A stretch of 64,000 nt of DNA. It comes from Eledone cirrhosa (taxonomy: Eukaryota). The DNA is taken from assembly GCA_964016885.1 (NCBI GenBank), contig OZ024752.1, positions 8,060,001 through 8,124,000 on the forward strand, read 5' to 3'. The position numbers and the translations under genes are program-made. The notes under the pieces were generated by a model that was not told the origin of the DNA, ran no database searches, and worked only from the letters and a program-made list of their open reading frames with translations. Within the stretch, counting starts at the first letter, position 1. Each line of letters opens with the position of its first letter. Below, piece after piece: positions 24,467-36,752 of this stretch.

Positions 24467-26133
24467 TTACACTTCATCAGAAAGTCTATAGTAGTGGAAT
24501 TCAATTATTCAGTAGAATCCAGTAATGATATTTTCAAGAAAATGTAAATAAGTTAAAAATAGCTAGCCTGAAATAGAGTTAGTTAGTGTGATAGTAGAGA
24601 AGAGAGGGAGTGGGGGTGGGGGTAAAGAGTCTCACACTATCAATCTGTGTGCTGTGATGTGGAACAATTATTCTTTGACCATTGTTATAGGTGAAGGTTT
24701 TGATGTTTACCATATATGGGGGTAGAGAAGGTATAAAGAGAGGGTAGAGATTAAGAGTGGGTGAGGAGGAAAGGAATTAAGAAAATGGGATTGTTTTAAA
24801 TATTACTAAATCCATTGGGTGTGAAAAGTTCAAATGCTACAGGAAATGAACTAAATAGGATGTAGTAAAACCTAGGTATTTCAGATCGAATCTTGGTCTA
24901 ATCCAGTTTGTATTTAGCGAAGGTTTTTAGAACCTTGTGTTTGCAATTCAATATCCTATTGTGCCAGGAATTTAGAAGGTCCTTTCTGGTCGCTATTAAA
25001 ATTACCATCAGTAAATGAATCACCATTCAAAGAAGTAACAAGTCTATTATTTCTAATACTCTTATATCTGGTTAAACCTCATTTCAATTATATCTGGTTA
25101 ACCCTTTTGATAGCAACCCACCTGAAACCACCACTGGTTCAATGTTTAAGAGAATGTTTTGTTTCATATCAATCCATATTATTTATTAATTCAACTATAA
25201 TTAATATTCCACTAGTTAATGTGTTGTAGTTACTTTTGTCTCAAGTAAAACGCTCTTAAATGTTCACACAAAACTATTTTCAAGTGTTTATATCTAACCA
25301 TTTGACGTTTGCTTTCCATATTGGCATGGGTTGCACAGGTCATCGTGCTAGACAAGATGATTTGGATAACATGCCTTGTTCATACCTTCCATGTTTTGGC
25401 ATGGTTTTTACAACAGGATACCATTCCTATTTTATATAAGAACCTATGTTAATTGGTTCTAAACAGCAATTTGATATAAAGTAAATTAGTGATGTTATTA
25501 GCCCAACTAATTACTTTCATAGCCTTTCATTAGAAATATGTCAATGAAAAGGTTAATATACTAATCTGGGGAGGAATGGTACTTTGTATGTGGTAAAAGT
25601 AAAAGAAAATCCAGGAGAAACAAAGTTGAAATAAGCATATATGTGTGTATATGACTGCTTATAATGCATAGCAAGCAAAATACTACTGTTGAAATAATGG
25701 GAGATAGAATTTCTTAAACTATAATAAATTTAATATTAAGAAAACTAACAGGAGTATGTTAACAAACTGTACAAAGAATATAGAATTTACTAAAATATTT
25801 CATGAAAAAAAACCATTCTTCTTAATAAAAGAATTTTTATTTTAATGTCACAGAAATTAAAACAGAATCGGTCCAAACTTAATATAAATAAACAAAAAGA
25901 ATTAATATATGTTGGAAAAAAATTCCATTTTCAGTAAATTATTTTTAAAATACATGCAAACAACAGCACCCCCATTTATGTACGTAATAATGATGACAGA
26001 AGACTTATATTTAGATAACTTTATAGAATTGGTTTTTTTTGTTGTTAGAAGTTATTTTTGATGAAGTCTAATATGGGTGGAAATTATTAGAAAAATTATC
26101 CTATTCTTTATTTACATCACTGATTCCTGAGTT

Positions 26134-27129
26134 TTAACCTTTTAGCATTTAAACCAGCCACATCCGGCCAGAATTCTCAAACCTCTCTGTTTAAACTGGC
26201 TGCTCATACTGATGTTAAGGTATTGTTCTCAAAATAAATAACATTAAGATCTCCTAGATTTGATATTATATGAGATCTTATCATGTCCACAAGAGTGTTG
26301 GCTACAAAGCTTGGCTAGATGTGGTTCCGCCACAGCTGAACACATTGCTGTCCTTTCTCATTAAACTCTTCCAAGTCCAATGCAGTGCAGGGTGTTCCAG
26401 CAGGGGTCATATCAAGAGATAATTATGTGAGGTAAAGCCTTTACCACAAAAATACAATAGTATATATAGAGTAATGTAAATGGTATGTGAGATATTATGT
26501 GAGGTAAAGACTTTACTGTGAAAATACAATAGTATATATAGAGTAATGTAAATGTTATGTGAGGTAAAGCCTTTACTGTGAAAATACAATAGTATATATA
26601 GAGTAATATAAATGTTATGCGAGATATTATGTGACGTAAAGCCTTTACTGTGAAAATACAATAGTATATATAGAGTAATGTAAATGTTATGAGATATTAT
26701 TATGTGAGGTAAAGCCTTTACCATGAAAATACAATAGTATATATAGAGTAATGTAAATGTTATGAGATATTATGTGAGGTAAAGCCTTTACCATGAAAAT
26801 ACAATAGTATATATAGAGTAATGTAAATGTTATGTGAGATATTATGTGAGGTAAAGCCTTTACCATGAAAATACAATAGTATATATAGAGTAATGTAAAT
26901 GTTATGTGAGATATTATGTGAGGTAAAGCCTTTACCATGAAAATACAATAGTATATATAGAGTAATGTAAATGTTATGCGAGATATTATGTGAGGTAAAG
27001 CCTTTACTGTGAAAATACAATAGTATATATAGAGTAATGTAAATGTTATGTGAGATATTATGTGAGGTAAAGCCTTTACTGTGAAAATACAATAGTATAT
27101 ATAGAGTAATGTAAATGGTAAAGGGTTAA
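26134..27129 (+). mobile_element. MITE family A with about 140-bp insert (26277-26416) and about 10 tandem copies of its roughly 72-bp right subterminal region
   Basis: Left end TTAACCTTTTAGCATTTAAA, right end GTAAATGGTAAAGGGTTAA, repeated TTATGTGAGGTAAAGCCTTTAC..GAAAATACAATAGTATATATAGAGTAATGTAAATG. Confidence 0.92.
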
Positions 27130-27197
27130 CATCCAAGAAACCATCAATAGGTTACAACTTGATAGATGACTATCTAAAGCTATATTAGTGTGAGATG

Positions 27198-27330
27198 TAA
27201 CAGAGCTGGTGATAAGAGGGGGTACAACAGAGCTGGTGATAAGAGGGGGTACAACAGAGCTGGTGATAAGAGGGGGTACAACAGCTGGTGATAAGAGAGG
27301 GTACAACAGAGCTGGTGATAAGAGGAGGTA
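27198..27330. repeat. About 27-bp tandem repeat, 5 copies
   Basis: ACAACAGAGCTGGTGATAAGAGGGGGT. Confidence 0.92.
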
Positions 27331-27711
27331 AAACAAGGTCTTCAATATCTGAAGATGAAAACTGTTAGAGTTAGTTATCCTTTTACATCAGTTTTTCCAT
27401 TCTTGCATGGGTTGGATGGAATTTGGAGTTTATCCTGGTTTCATGGAGAGAGAGAGTAACTGGCAGTACAAAACTTGGATGGGCCGCCAGTTGCCATGGG
27501 TACCCCATTTCCAGCTGAGTCAAATGAAATGCCCTGCTCTACGACACAAAGCATCACTTAAGTCTGGGAATCAAACCCACATTCTTATGAATGTGTATTG
27601 AACCACTAGGCCACACATTTTCACATTATTAACAAGCCACAAATATTAGATTCAACATACAATACACAGTCATATATACAACTAATATTCAGTAACTTTA
27701 AACACACTCAC

Positions 27712-27785
27712 TTATAAAAAGAAAGGTCCATCTTCCAGGTATCAGCCAATCAAATAATACCATACAAAATAACAGCAATTTCTTT
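27712..27785 (-). CDS. Weak candidate 74-bp exon (KKLLLFCMVLFDWLIPGRWTFLFI)
   Basis: Acceptor TATTTCAG and consensus donor GTGAGT, one open frame, hydrophobic peptide; no homology recognised. Confidence 0.3.
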
Positions 27786-28639
27786 CTGAAATAGGCATAA
27801 AGGGAACACTAAAGCTTTCTCAATAATAATTGAAGCAATTTGTGAGTATATCTAGATATACTATATACTATATCTAGATCAATATCCTACATGGGAATAA
27901 CAGGAAAGGTTTAGTACCAGAAGGAATTATTTTGAAAAGCATGAAATGATACAAAATGGAATATTTCAGATAGAATTGCGGTCACCAATGGCAAAAGACA
28001 AAGTTGGAATCATCATTTAAGGGACTCCAATAGCCTCCTAAGAATTTGAGATCAATGGATTACAGAGTAACTTCAAAATTAGGGAAATTATAAGCTGTGG
28101 TACGATTATAAAGTGAATCCTTTTTATTAACATTTATGAACCATCATTTACGAATATCAGCTATTGTAACATTTTATATAGCCAGGTTCCCTTTAAAATA
28201 GTGTAACATAACCAAGCTCCCTTTAAAATATCTGCTATTATAACATAACCAAGCTCCCTTCAAAATAAAATAGTGTAACATAACCAGGTTCCCTTTAAAA
28301 TATTGTAATATAACCAAGCTCCCTTTATGGACCTCCATTAATTGCAACAATAAGTGTTTCGGTTGTTCAGTTAGATGTTAATATGAAAGTGGCTGAGTAT
28401 TCCATAGATATGCTACAAGATGATATGCAAATATCAACACAGTGACGATAACCCAGCCACACACAGATGCGTGTCTATGTATGTGTGTGTGTGTGTGTGT
28501 ATGTGCATATGCATACATAGGTATGAGTATATAAATATAAACAGACATACAAAAATACACACACACAAACATCCACATACATTCACACAAACACCCACAT
28601 ACATTCACACAAACACACACACAGGATAGCAAATGGAAC

Positions 28640-28758
28640 GCCAGCCACTGTTTTGCTGTAGTTTTTTCACCACCCCTTTCCTTTTACACACACATAAATT
28701 CACACTAACACACACGTGTGTGACAGACAGACAGAAGGTGCTCCAATTTATATATAGA
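28640..28758 (-). mobile_element. Helitron family H2 5' segment
   Basis: Minus strand A^TCTATATATAAATTGGAGC..(CTGT)n..GTAAAAGGAAAGGGG..GCAAAACAGTGGCTGG resembles 15251-15356. Confidence 0.55.
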
Positions 28759-28920
28759 TGACTGTTGACAGAAATAAAATATAACTGCACTGGTATACAG
28801 TCTAATGTTGTATATTCAATATTTGCAAGCAAACGTATAGCTCGGGGTTTCCTGAGCATTTCATTAACAAAGCATCTTCCTCAAGAACACAACACACCAT
28901 AGGATCAGGAGCTTAACATC

Positions 28921-29140
28921 CTAACCACTCAGCCGTTCATATCCGGCCAGAATTCTCTCACCCCTTTCTGTTCAAACCAACTGTAACTGGCTTCTGATAC
29001 TGATGTTAAGGTATTGTTCTCAAGATAAATAACATCAAAATCTTATAGATTTGATATTATGTGAAAGAGTATGTGAGATAAAGCCTTTTCCATGAAAATA
29101 TAATACTAAATATAGAGTAATGTAAATGTTAGAGGGTTAA
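28921..29140 (+). mobile_element. MITE family A (left end damaged)
   Basis: CATATCCGGCCAGAATTCTCTCACC...TGTAAATGTTAGAGGGTTAA. Confidence 0.85.
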
Positions 29141-29609
29141 TGACATGTTAACATATTAAATCGACTTAGGCTTTTCGTTACCATATTGCTAATGAAAAAC
29201 ACTGCCTAATCAATTTGAAAATAATCAAGAATTTGGTCCTTTCATTACAATTGTATTTGGAACACAACTTAAAGGTTCTTACATAAAATTATGATGGAAG
29301 GTTTTTAGATAAATGAACAACTTTGTGTCATAGAACGAGAAGATGTTTCTGGCAGGTTTCAGTAGTCATCAGTACAAATATTTGATGATTTACAGGTAAA
29401 CAAAATAGAAAAGAGGTTTGAAACTGGCAGCAGAGTATATACAGGTAGAATATATATACAGGTAAACAGATACTGTATAAGCATGTGAATAAGTTGCAGT
29501 TCTTTTCACTAAAAAGAAATGGTAAAGGGTTAAATCCATAAAAATCTAAACTTTAGATATGAGCCAAATATTGAGCTGAGAACGATATATATATATATAT
29601 ATATATAAT

Positions 29610-30325
29610 GGTTGGTATGGTCACGTGATGCGCATGAAAGACGACAGCTGTATAACAAAGTGCAGGGCAATAAAGATAGATGATAGCCACGAAGTAGGCA
29701 GACCCAGAAAAACCTGGGACGAGCTGATAAATTCCGACCTCACACACTTACACCTCTCCAAGACAATATCACTGGACCGAGACCTTTGGCGGTACTCAGT
29801 AATAGAGAAGACCCGCCTTACCTAAATACAGCTGTAGAAAACCCGCCAGACAGTCCTATGCGAGCAAGACAACCACTCTTGCCTCAAGTGGGAAAACTCC
29901 TGTCCAAACCCATGCAAGCGTGGAACATGGACGTTAAACGATGATGATGATGAAAGTAAAACCTACTACAGTCAGTAGGCATCTCTAACAAAATACCCCC
30001 CCTCCCGTCCCACCACCCACACCGCCCCTTTCAATGTAAAGTTATGTTGGTGCCACAACATCCAGGCCGAAACAAATGAGATCGTGTAGGTGTCACGACA
30101 AAAAAACACACAGTCCACGCTGTAATGTGGCCGTGTAGGCAACACGGTAAAAACCTCCCAGCCCCACACTGTAAATGTGGTTGGTGTTAGGAAGGGCATC
30201 CAGCTGTAGAAAACCCGCCAGACAGTCCTATGCGAGCAATGACAACCACTCTTGCCTCAAGTGGGAAAACTCCCGTCCAAACCCATGCAAGCGTGGAACA
30301 TGGACGTTTAAACGATGATGATGAA
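29610..30325 (+). mobile_element. RTE 3' ORF relic joined to two near-identical SINE C / RTE tails
   Basis: WYGHVMRM..GRPRKTWDELINSDL..DRDLWR..EKTRLT*; about 125-bp tail repeated at 29829-29952 and 30200-30323. Confidence 0.85.
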
Positions 30326-30843
30326 TGGAATGGAAAACTTTAGGTACGAGTCAAATATTGAGCTGAGAATGAAACATCTACTGGGCTTAGAAAACTGTGA
30401 GTCAGTACTGAGTACATATGATGGGAGGTTTTCGCATAAATATAAACAATAAAATAAAGTCCAGCAAGCAATGATTTCAGCCAGTTTGGTGTCAAAAGAA
30501 TTTAACCTTTCATGACAATATCCCTAATGAAATACCCTATATTTCAATCAATTAATAAAGAATTTGAAGGCATTTATTAGTTATTTCATTATTGAGATGG
30601 TATTTGTACTTAAAAGATTCTTATATAAAATTATGTTGGAAGATTTTAATTTAAATAAAAATCCTTTTGGTCGGGTTGATATCAAGATTGTTAGTGCCAA
30701 CAAAACTAAGATTTACAATGTCATCAATAATACCTGACATATATTGGACATTTGTCTATCATGGAGCGGGTGGCTCTCATCATCGTTTAATGTCTATCTT
30801 CCACTCTAGCATGGGTTAGACGGGTTTGTCCCATTAGAGGTAA

Positions 30844-31530
30844 CTAGCATGTGTAGTGTGCATATTGATATTATACTCAAATATTTATACAAATGAAATC
30901 ATAATTGAGAATATACACAGAAATTGAACGAAGTCTGTGTTACACTCTCTTCTGTAATCAGTAAAGTAATTCATGGTACATTAAAAAAAAGACATTATAT
31001 ATAAACTGCATATATAAAAAATTAAAATGTAATGAAAATGAAAAAGTAGAAAATTAACAACCTAATTATAAACGTTATATAACGATGCAAATATATGAAC
31101 GTTTATATAAGAGATGTAATAAGTGTTTAATATAACGGACGCTAACGGAAGTGTTGACATTTGAACATTTTAAAGAAGTGAATCTTAAAATATAATACTT
31201 TATATATAAGAATATTTATGTTTAATCAACAGCCACGAAATTTAGTAGATAAATTACATAATATTCATTCATTATTTATTCGATGGATTGGCAGTATCGG
31301 TAGAGGGTCGGACGCCATGCTTTGCATCAAAGAGTTACGGCCCTTTATGGTTAGAGTTCAAATCCCGCCGAGGTTAACTTTGCCTTTCATCCTTAAGAGG
31401 TCGATAAAATAAAGTACCAGTAATGCACTGGGATAATTGTCGGCCTTGTGCCAAAGGTAGAAATAATTATTTACTCAAAGTAATCCAACTTATTTTACTA
31501 ACGGGACTCCTCCCTTTATTATATTGTAGA
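30844..31530 (-). mobile_element. Non-autonomous Helitron (family H1)
   Basis: A^TC...CTAG^T insertion without TSD; body homologous to 47626-48181. Confidence 0.88.
31282..31470 (+). mobile_element. SINE family A nested in Helitron
   Basis: Full family body, flanked by ATTATTTATTC / ATTATTTACTC; the site is single and empty in the 47626 Helitron copy. Confidence 0.9.
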
Positions 31531-32112
31531 TTGGGTCAGGTGCGCATGTCTTATTTGTATAAGACTATTTCTGGATAAGTTTCTACGGCTGGATACCCTT
31601 TCTAACACCAATCATATTTACAGTGTGTGCTGGGTACTTTTTGTCGTGACTCCTACATGACCACTTTACAGTGTGGCTCTAAATATTCAAATATGTGACA
31701 TCTTGACAAAAAGATTACACCTGCTCCTCTAGCCTTAATATATCAACTACAGTGTTAACAGGATCCATATTCCAAACTATTTAAACTGATGTATGTTGAG
31801 CAGTGTCTTCCAAAACTGGGTACAAGGGAACAGCAGACTTATGGAGTTCAATGAGTTGTTGTCAGTAGAGATAGTAGTTCTAGCTACAATGGTGGACCAA
31901 CGGTTTTACTGACAGGCCTTACTGATGGTCTACACAGCTTCTATCAACCTAATTTTATTTGCAGAGCTTGGACATTACCCTAGACTATACTAAAGATAGT
32001 TGTCCATGATGCCACATAGTGAGATCAAATATGGGACCTCGTTATTGTGATGCAAACTTCATAAACACTCAGCCATGCCTACACACACAGACGGACAGAC
32101 AGACCGTCAGAG

Positions 32113-32146
<34 letters not shown>

Positions 32147-32519
32147 GCAGGCATAGGCACACACCAAATAAACATATTCCCACACAAAGACAATTTAGTG
32201 AACAATTTATGGAGATACAAAAATTCCGCTGCTTTAGATATAGTTATGTAATAAACAACATAAGATAATTATTTCATTTACCAGTGGTTTCTTGAAAAAG
32301 CAACCAAAATTGCTTTCATTCATCAGAATGAAAAAATCCTGGTGTCTTTATTGACAGTGGATTTGAAAAACAAAAATATAACAAATATGAAAGTGAGGCT
32401 GGAAAAAAAGGGGGGGGGGGGGTTTAATAAATAAAAAATATATAACACACACTCACATATACATATATATATATACACGCACGCATATACACAAATATAC
32501 AGAGGCACATATACACACA

Positions 32520-32690
32520 TCATTTCATTTCATTTTACGTCTGCTTTTTCCCTGCTTGCAAGGGTGGGACAGGAACTGATTCTGGCTTTGATTTCTACAG
32601 CTGGATGCCCTTCCTAACACCAACCTCATTTACAATGAATGCTGGGTGCTTTTTTGCCGTAGCACCTCCACGACCACTTTGCAGTGGAAT
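32520..32690 (-). mobile_element. SINE family C variant
   Basis: TTTTACGTCTGC..GCTTGCAAGGG tail and CAGCTGGATGCCCTTCCTAACACCAACC core. Confidence 0.75.
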
Positions 32691-32714
32691 GATATAGACT
32701 CCAGTCCCTATCAT

Positions 32715-32858
32715 CTTATTTCTACAGCTGAGTAAACTGGAGCAATGTGAAATAAAGTGTCTTGCTCAAGGAAACAACACATCACCCGGTCTGAGAATTG
32801 AACTCACAACCTTTCGATTGCAAGGCCAATGCTCTAACCATTAAGCCATGTGCCTCCA
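32715..32858 (-). mobile_element. SINE family B 5' half
   Basis: Minus strand GGAGGCACATGGCTTAATGGTTAGAGC..GAGTTCAATTCTC..CCTTGAGCAAGACAC. Confidence 0.85.
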
Positions 32859-32869
32859 TACATAAATAC

Positions 32870-33438
32870 ACCAACACACATATATATATATAAATATATA
32901 TATACACACACACATATATATATATATATACACACACACATATATATAAATAAAAATATATATATATACTCACACATATATATATACACACGTGTACATA
33001 CACACACATACATAAAATATACAAGCACACCCCATACAGCACAGATACAAAAGAGTAATATACATACAAATACATATAAACGCACACATAAATGTATACA
33101 ACCACATACACACATATAGTAAAAATTTCTTAAACATAAATATAAACTATAAAGTTTCATACACACATACGCATAAGTACGTACACACGCATGCACATAC
33201 ACATATATACATGTAAATATATATATATATACATACATATACACATACATATATATATATACATATACACATACATATACATATATATATACATACATAT
33301 ACACATATACACATATATATATACACATACATATACACATATATACATACATATACACATATATATATATATATATATACACATACATATACACATATAT
33401 ATACATACATACATATACACATATATATACATACATAT

Positions 33439-33473
<35 letters not shown>

Positions 33474-33627
33474 CATATACACATATATATATATACATAC
33501 ATATACACATATATATATATACATACATATACACATATATATATATACATACATATACACATATATATATACATACACACATATATATATATATATATAT
33601 ATACATACATACACACACACACACACA
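32870..33627. repeat. (TA)n/(CATA)n/(CA)n compound microsatellite
   Basis: Direct inspection. Confidence 0.97.
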
Positions 33628-34069
33628 AAATAAAAATAAAGGGAAGGAAGGGGTATTCAAATAGTAGGGCATACGACAAACCCATGCTAGCGTGGAAGAA
33701 CGGACGTAAAACGGTGATGATGATGATGATGAAAGGTATAAATGTTTATAACTGATTAAGAGCACTCAACAGTTCCTGGAGCAAATAATCAATAAAAGCA
33801 TTAAAAAAAACTATGCAATTATGCATATACATACAAAACCATACATACACACACTCACAACCAACTACATACAAATATATATATACATATACACATATAT
33901 ATACACACACACATAAGTACAAAGGGTTACAACACCACATAAATTAATACACACACGCACACATAAACACATATATATATATATACACATACATATAAAA
34001 AAAAATGTACATACATATACACACATATATATATATATATATATGCATACACTTAGATACATGTAAAAT

Positions 34070-34410
34070 TAATATCTAAAAATCAAAAGGGGGTGGGTAT
34101 GTAAGGTAGAGAGTAGGTGGGAATAAGGAAAATAAAAAGTTAAAAAATAAGAGATAAGGGAGAGAGAGAAAATAAGGGTACAGAAAGTGAGTTCAGAGAG
34201 TAATAACGGTCGTAGTAGATGTAAGGCGTAAAGAGCAAAGAAGAAATTCAAGGTGGTTAAGTCATCGTAGCAAAGAAGTTCAAGGTAGTTGAGTCATCGT
34301 AGGAATGTCAATCCAGTTACAGAGCAGATGTGATTTCAGGTGAGGACAACATCTGAAGATCTCGGTCTTGGAGTTAAGGCAAGTTGAAGTGGCTTTCAAA
34401 TTCTGTAGAA
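34070..34410 (-). mobile_element. Possible Penelope-like element 3' relic
   Basis: Minus strand encodes STCLNSKTEIFRCCPH, resembling the LNxRxE...CxH tail of Penelope GIY-YIG domains, followed by a pyrimidine-rich tract. Confidence 0.5.
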
Positions 34411-34729
34411 TTCTAAATGTTTCAGTGGTACACAAAGAACTTTAGATATATACAAAACTTTATATAGATTCATATATAAAAAGCTATGTATGAAACCTGT
34501 ACAATATTTTATATATGAAAGCTATATAAAAAGCTATGTATGAAACCTGTACAATATTTTATATATGAAAGCTATATAAAGAGCTATGTATGAAACCTGT
34601 ACAATATTTTGTGTATATTAATGCAATGTAATATAAAGTTATTTTTTAGTTGAATTATTTTAAAAATATTTTAGGAAATTAATTTATTCCTATAGTTTAA
34701 TCTGGTACACACATGTACACACACAATGT

Positions 34730-35140
34730 ATATTGATTTATGGAAAAAAATGAAGTTTTCTGGAAAAATTCAATTACTTGCACTGATGGAACCGCAGTTA
34801 AGGGAAGTAAAATTTCTAGTTTTGATGCAAGAAAAAAAAAATCAGAACTTTGTATTTACAATTGTTTTCATTGTCTGCTACTAACGGTAAAATATTCCTC
34901 AAGATCTGAAGTAGTAGTAGTCAATATTATTAAATCAAGAATATTAAATAGAAGAAGCTTCAATTTATTAAAAGAAAATATGGGAAATCTAAATACAATT
35001 TTATTACTTCATAGTGAAATGTGTTGGTTATTGAGATATTGGTAGCATGGCTTTTTGAATTCTATGAATAAATTAGGATATTTCTATTTTTGAACCACCT
35101 TTTGAACTTTCAGCTGAACTTAAAGATCAGTGTTGGATAG
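34730..35140 (+). pseudogene. hAT (Buster/Charlie, ZBED5/SCAND3-like) transposase relic
   Basis: CTDG, HC, VNIIKSRILNRRSF, MG..LLLHSEMCWL match CTDGA, HC..H, VN.IK.R.LN.R.F, LLLHTEVRWL; degraded with stops. Confidence 0.8.
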
Positions 35141-35224
35141 GGGAAACAATATCAACAATTATTTTATGGTCATTAGCTAATGTGAGTGGGCCCCATGACA
35201 AAGTTATTTATTTTGCCCCCATAG

Positions 35225-35530
35225 TCTCAATTCCCCTTGTCAATCCCTTCCCTTTCAGTTCCTCTCACATCATCTTTGTTCTTCTTAGTCCTCTTCTTCC
35301 TCTACTTCCTTCCACATTTATTTCCATCACCGTTCTCACCCAGTCACTTTCATCCTTCCTCAACACATGACCCAACCATCTCATTCCATTTCTCATCACA
35401 ACATTCATCACTAGTTCTCTCCTCATCATCCTCTACAATCCATTGTTAGTCTTCCCCTCTCCGCCACACCATTCTCATTCTGATATTTCCATCCTTCTCT
35501 TGTTACTCCACACAACGTCTTGCTTCCCTA
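35225..35530 (-). mobile_element. RTE-clade LINE relic
   Basis: Minus strand MRWLGHVLRKDESDWVRTVMEINVEGSRGRRG matches the RTE RWxGHVxR..EG.R.RGRP motif. Confidence 0.8.
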
Positions 35531-36263
35531 AACCACATATGCAGTATACACTTCCCCCTTCAGTTTCAGCAACATTTCACATTAGAATGCCACTCACTTT
35601 CTGAAAATCTTTCCTTAAACATCCAAACAGCAGATAAATAACAAGAAGACTTATATTGCTAAATCTCTCCAAATTTTGGATTAATTTCAAAATGATTTGA
35701 AATTCATAGTCAGTGTCTTTCATTAAAAATAAGGTAACAAAATGGTAAAAGTCAAAATAAATTACTTGCATGGTAGATTAAATCAGTTGCACAGTTTAAC
35801 ACACTGGGGTCTTGGGTGCCTGCATAGCAGAGACCATTCTGGTATAAACCACGTTTCAGGTTTTAACCCTATAGCACTTACATTACTCTATATTTACTAT
35901 TGTATTTTTGTGGAATTATATCAATACACGGTCTGTAATTACAGCTATTTCCATTCAATCACATTGGGAAAGGGATCAATGTCACAACTTCCCACTATCC
36001 TCCCCTTAATCAGAATATAGTTTATATTCACCCTTTCACTATCAGATTTCTAATGAAAGAGGCTAAGATTTTCAAATCATTTCAAAATATTCAAGAATTT
36101 AGAATTCAGTAATACAACTAACTCCCTTTTTATTTAGCTGGTGTTTGGAACTTAACTTAACAAATGTGCTTACAGAAAATTATGATGAAAGGTTTCTAGA
36201 TGAACTAAAACACTTTTAAATATACAGTTTAGTATTGTAGAACTAGAAGTGATTTAAAGTTGT

Positions 36264-36485
36264 TTGGTATCAAAACAGTTAAACAGTAACTGTGTAACAC
36301 ATTATTTTAGTGGTCTGGTATCAAAACAGTTAAACAGTAACTGTGTAACACATTATTTTAGTGGTCTGGTATCAAAACAGTTAAACAGTAACTGTGTAAC
36401 ACATTATTTTAGTGGTCTGGTATCAAAACAGTTAAACAGTAACTGTGTAACACATTATTTTAGTGGTCTGGTATAAAAGAGTTAA
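36264..36485. repeat. 54-bp tandem repeat, 4 copies, at the end of a MITE family B copy
   Basis: TGGTATCAAAACAGTTAAACAGTAACTGTGTAACACATTATTTTAGTGGTC repeated. Confidence 0.95.
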
Positions 36486-36752
36486 ATAAAACTGTGTATC
36501 GTGTTATTTAAGTACATTTCTACGAGATTAACAATTACAAATAAATTTATCAATAATTTTTAAAAAGAAATTATCACAATGACTCATAATAGAATTATCC
36601 TGATAATAAAAATGTTTCCATGAGGCAATCATATAAATTTCTTTGACAATTTGTCTCGCTAGTTATCTTTCTAATGGAGGTGTAATGTGTGCATATATGA
36701 TAAAGCAGAATTAATTGAGAGAGAAACTAGGAATAAGAGAAATCAGATGTCT

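Larger units (their letters stand above)
30778..31676 (-). mobile_element. SINE family C split by a Helitron
   Basis: Halves rejoin as GAGGTAA|TTGGGTCAGG, matching uninterrupted GAGGCAAGTTGGGTCAGA at 11740-11757. Confidence 0.85.

Noticed and set aside
24946-25067. Possible minus-strand terminal exon YKSIRNNRLVTSLNGDSF..
   Set aside because: Poor acceptor, phase does not match the 27712 candidate, no homology
27342-27370. CTGAAGATGAAAACTGTTA hammerhead-like string
   Set aside because: No stem II or stem I
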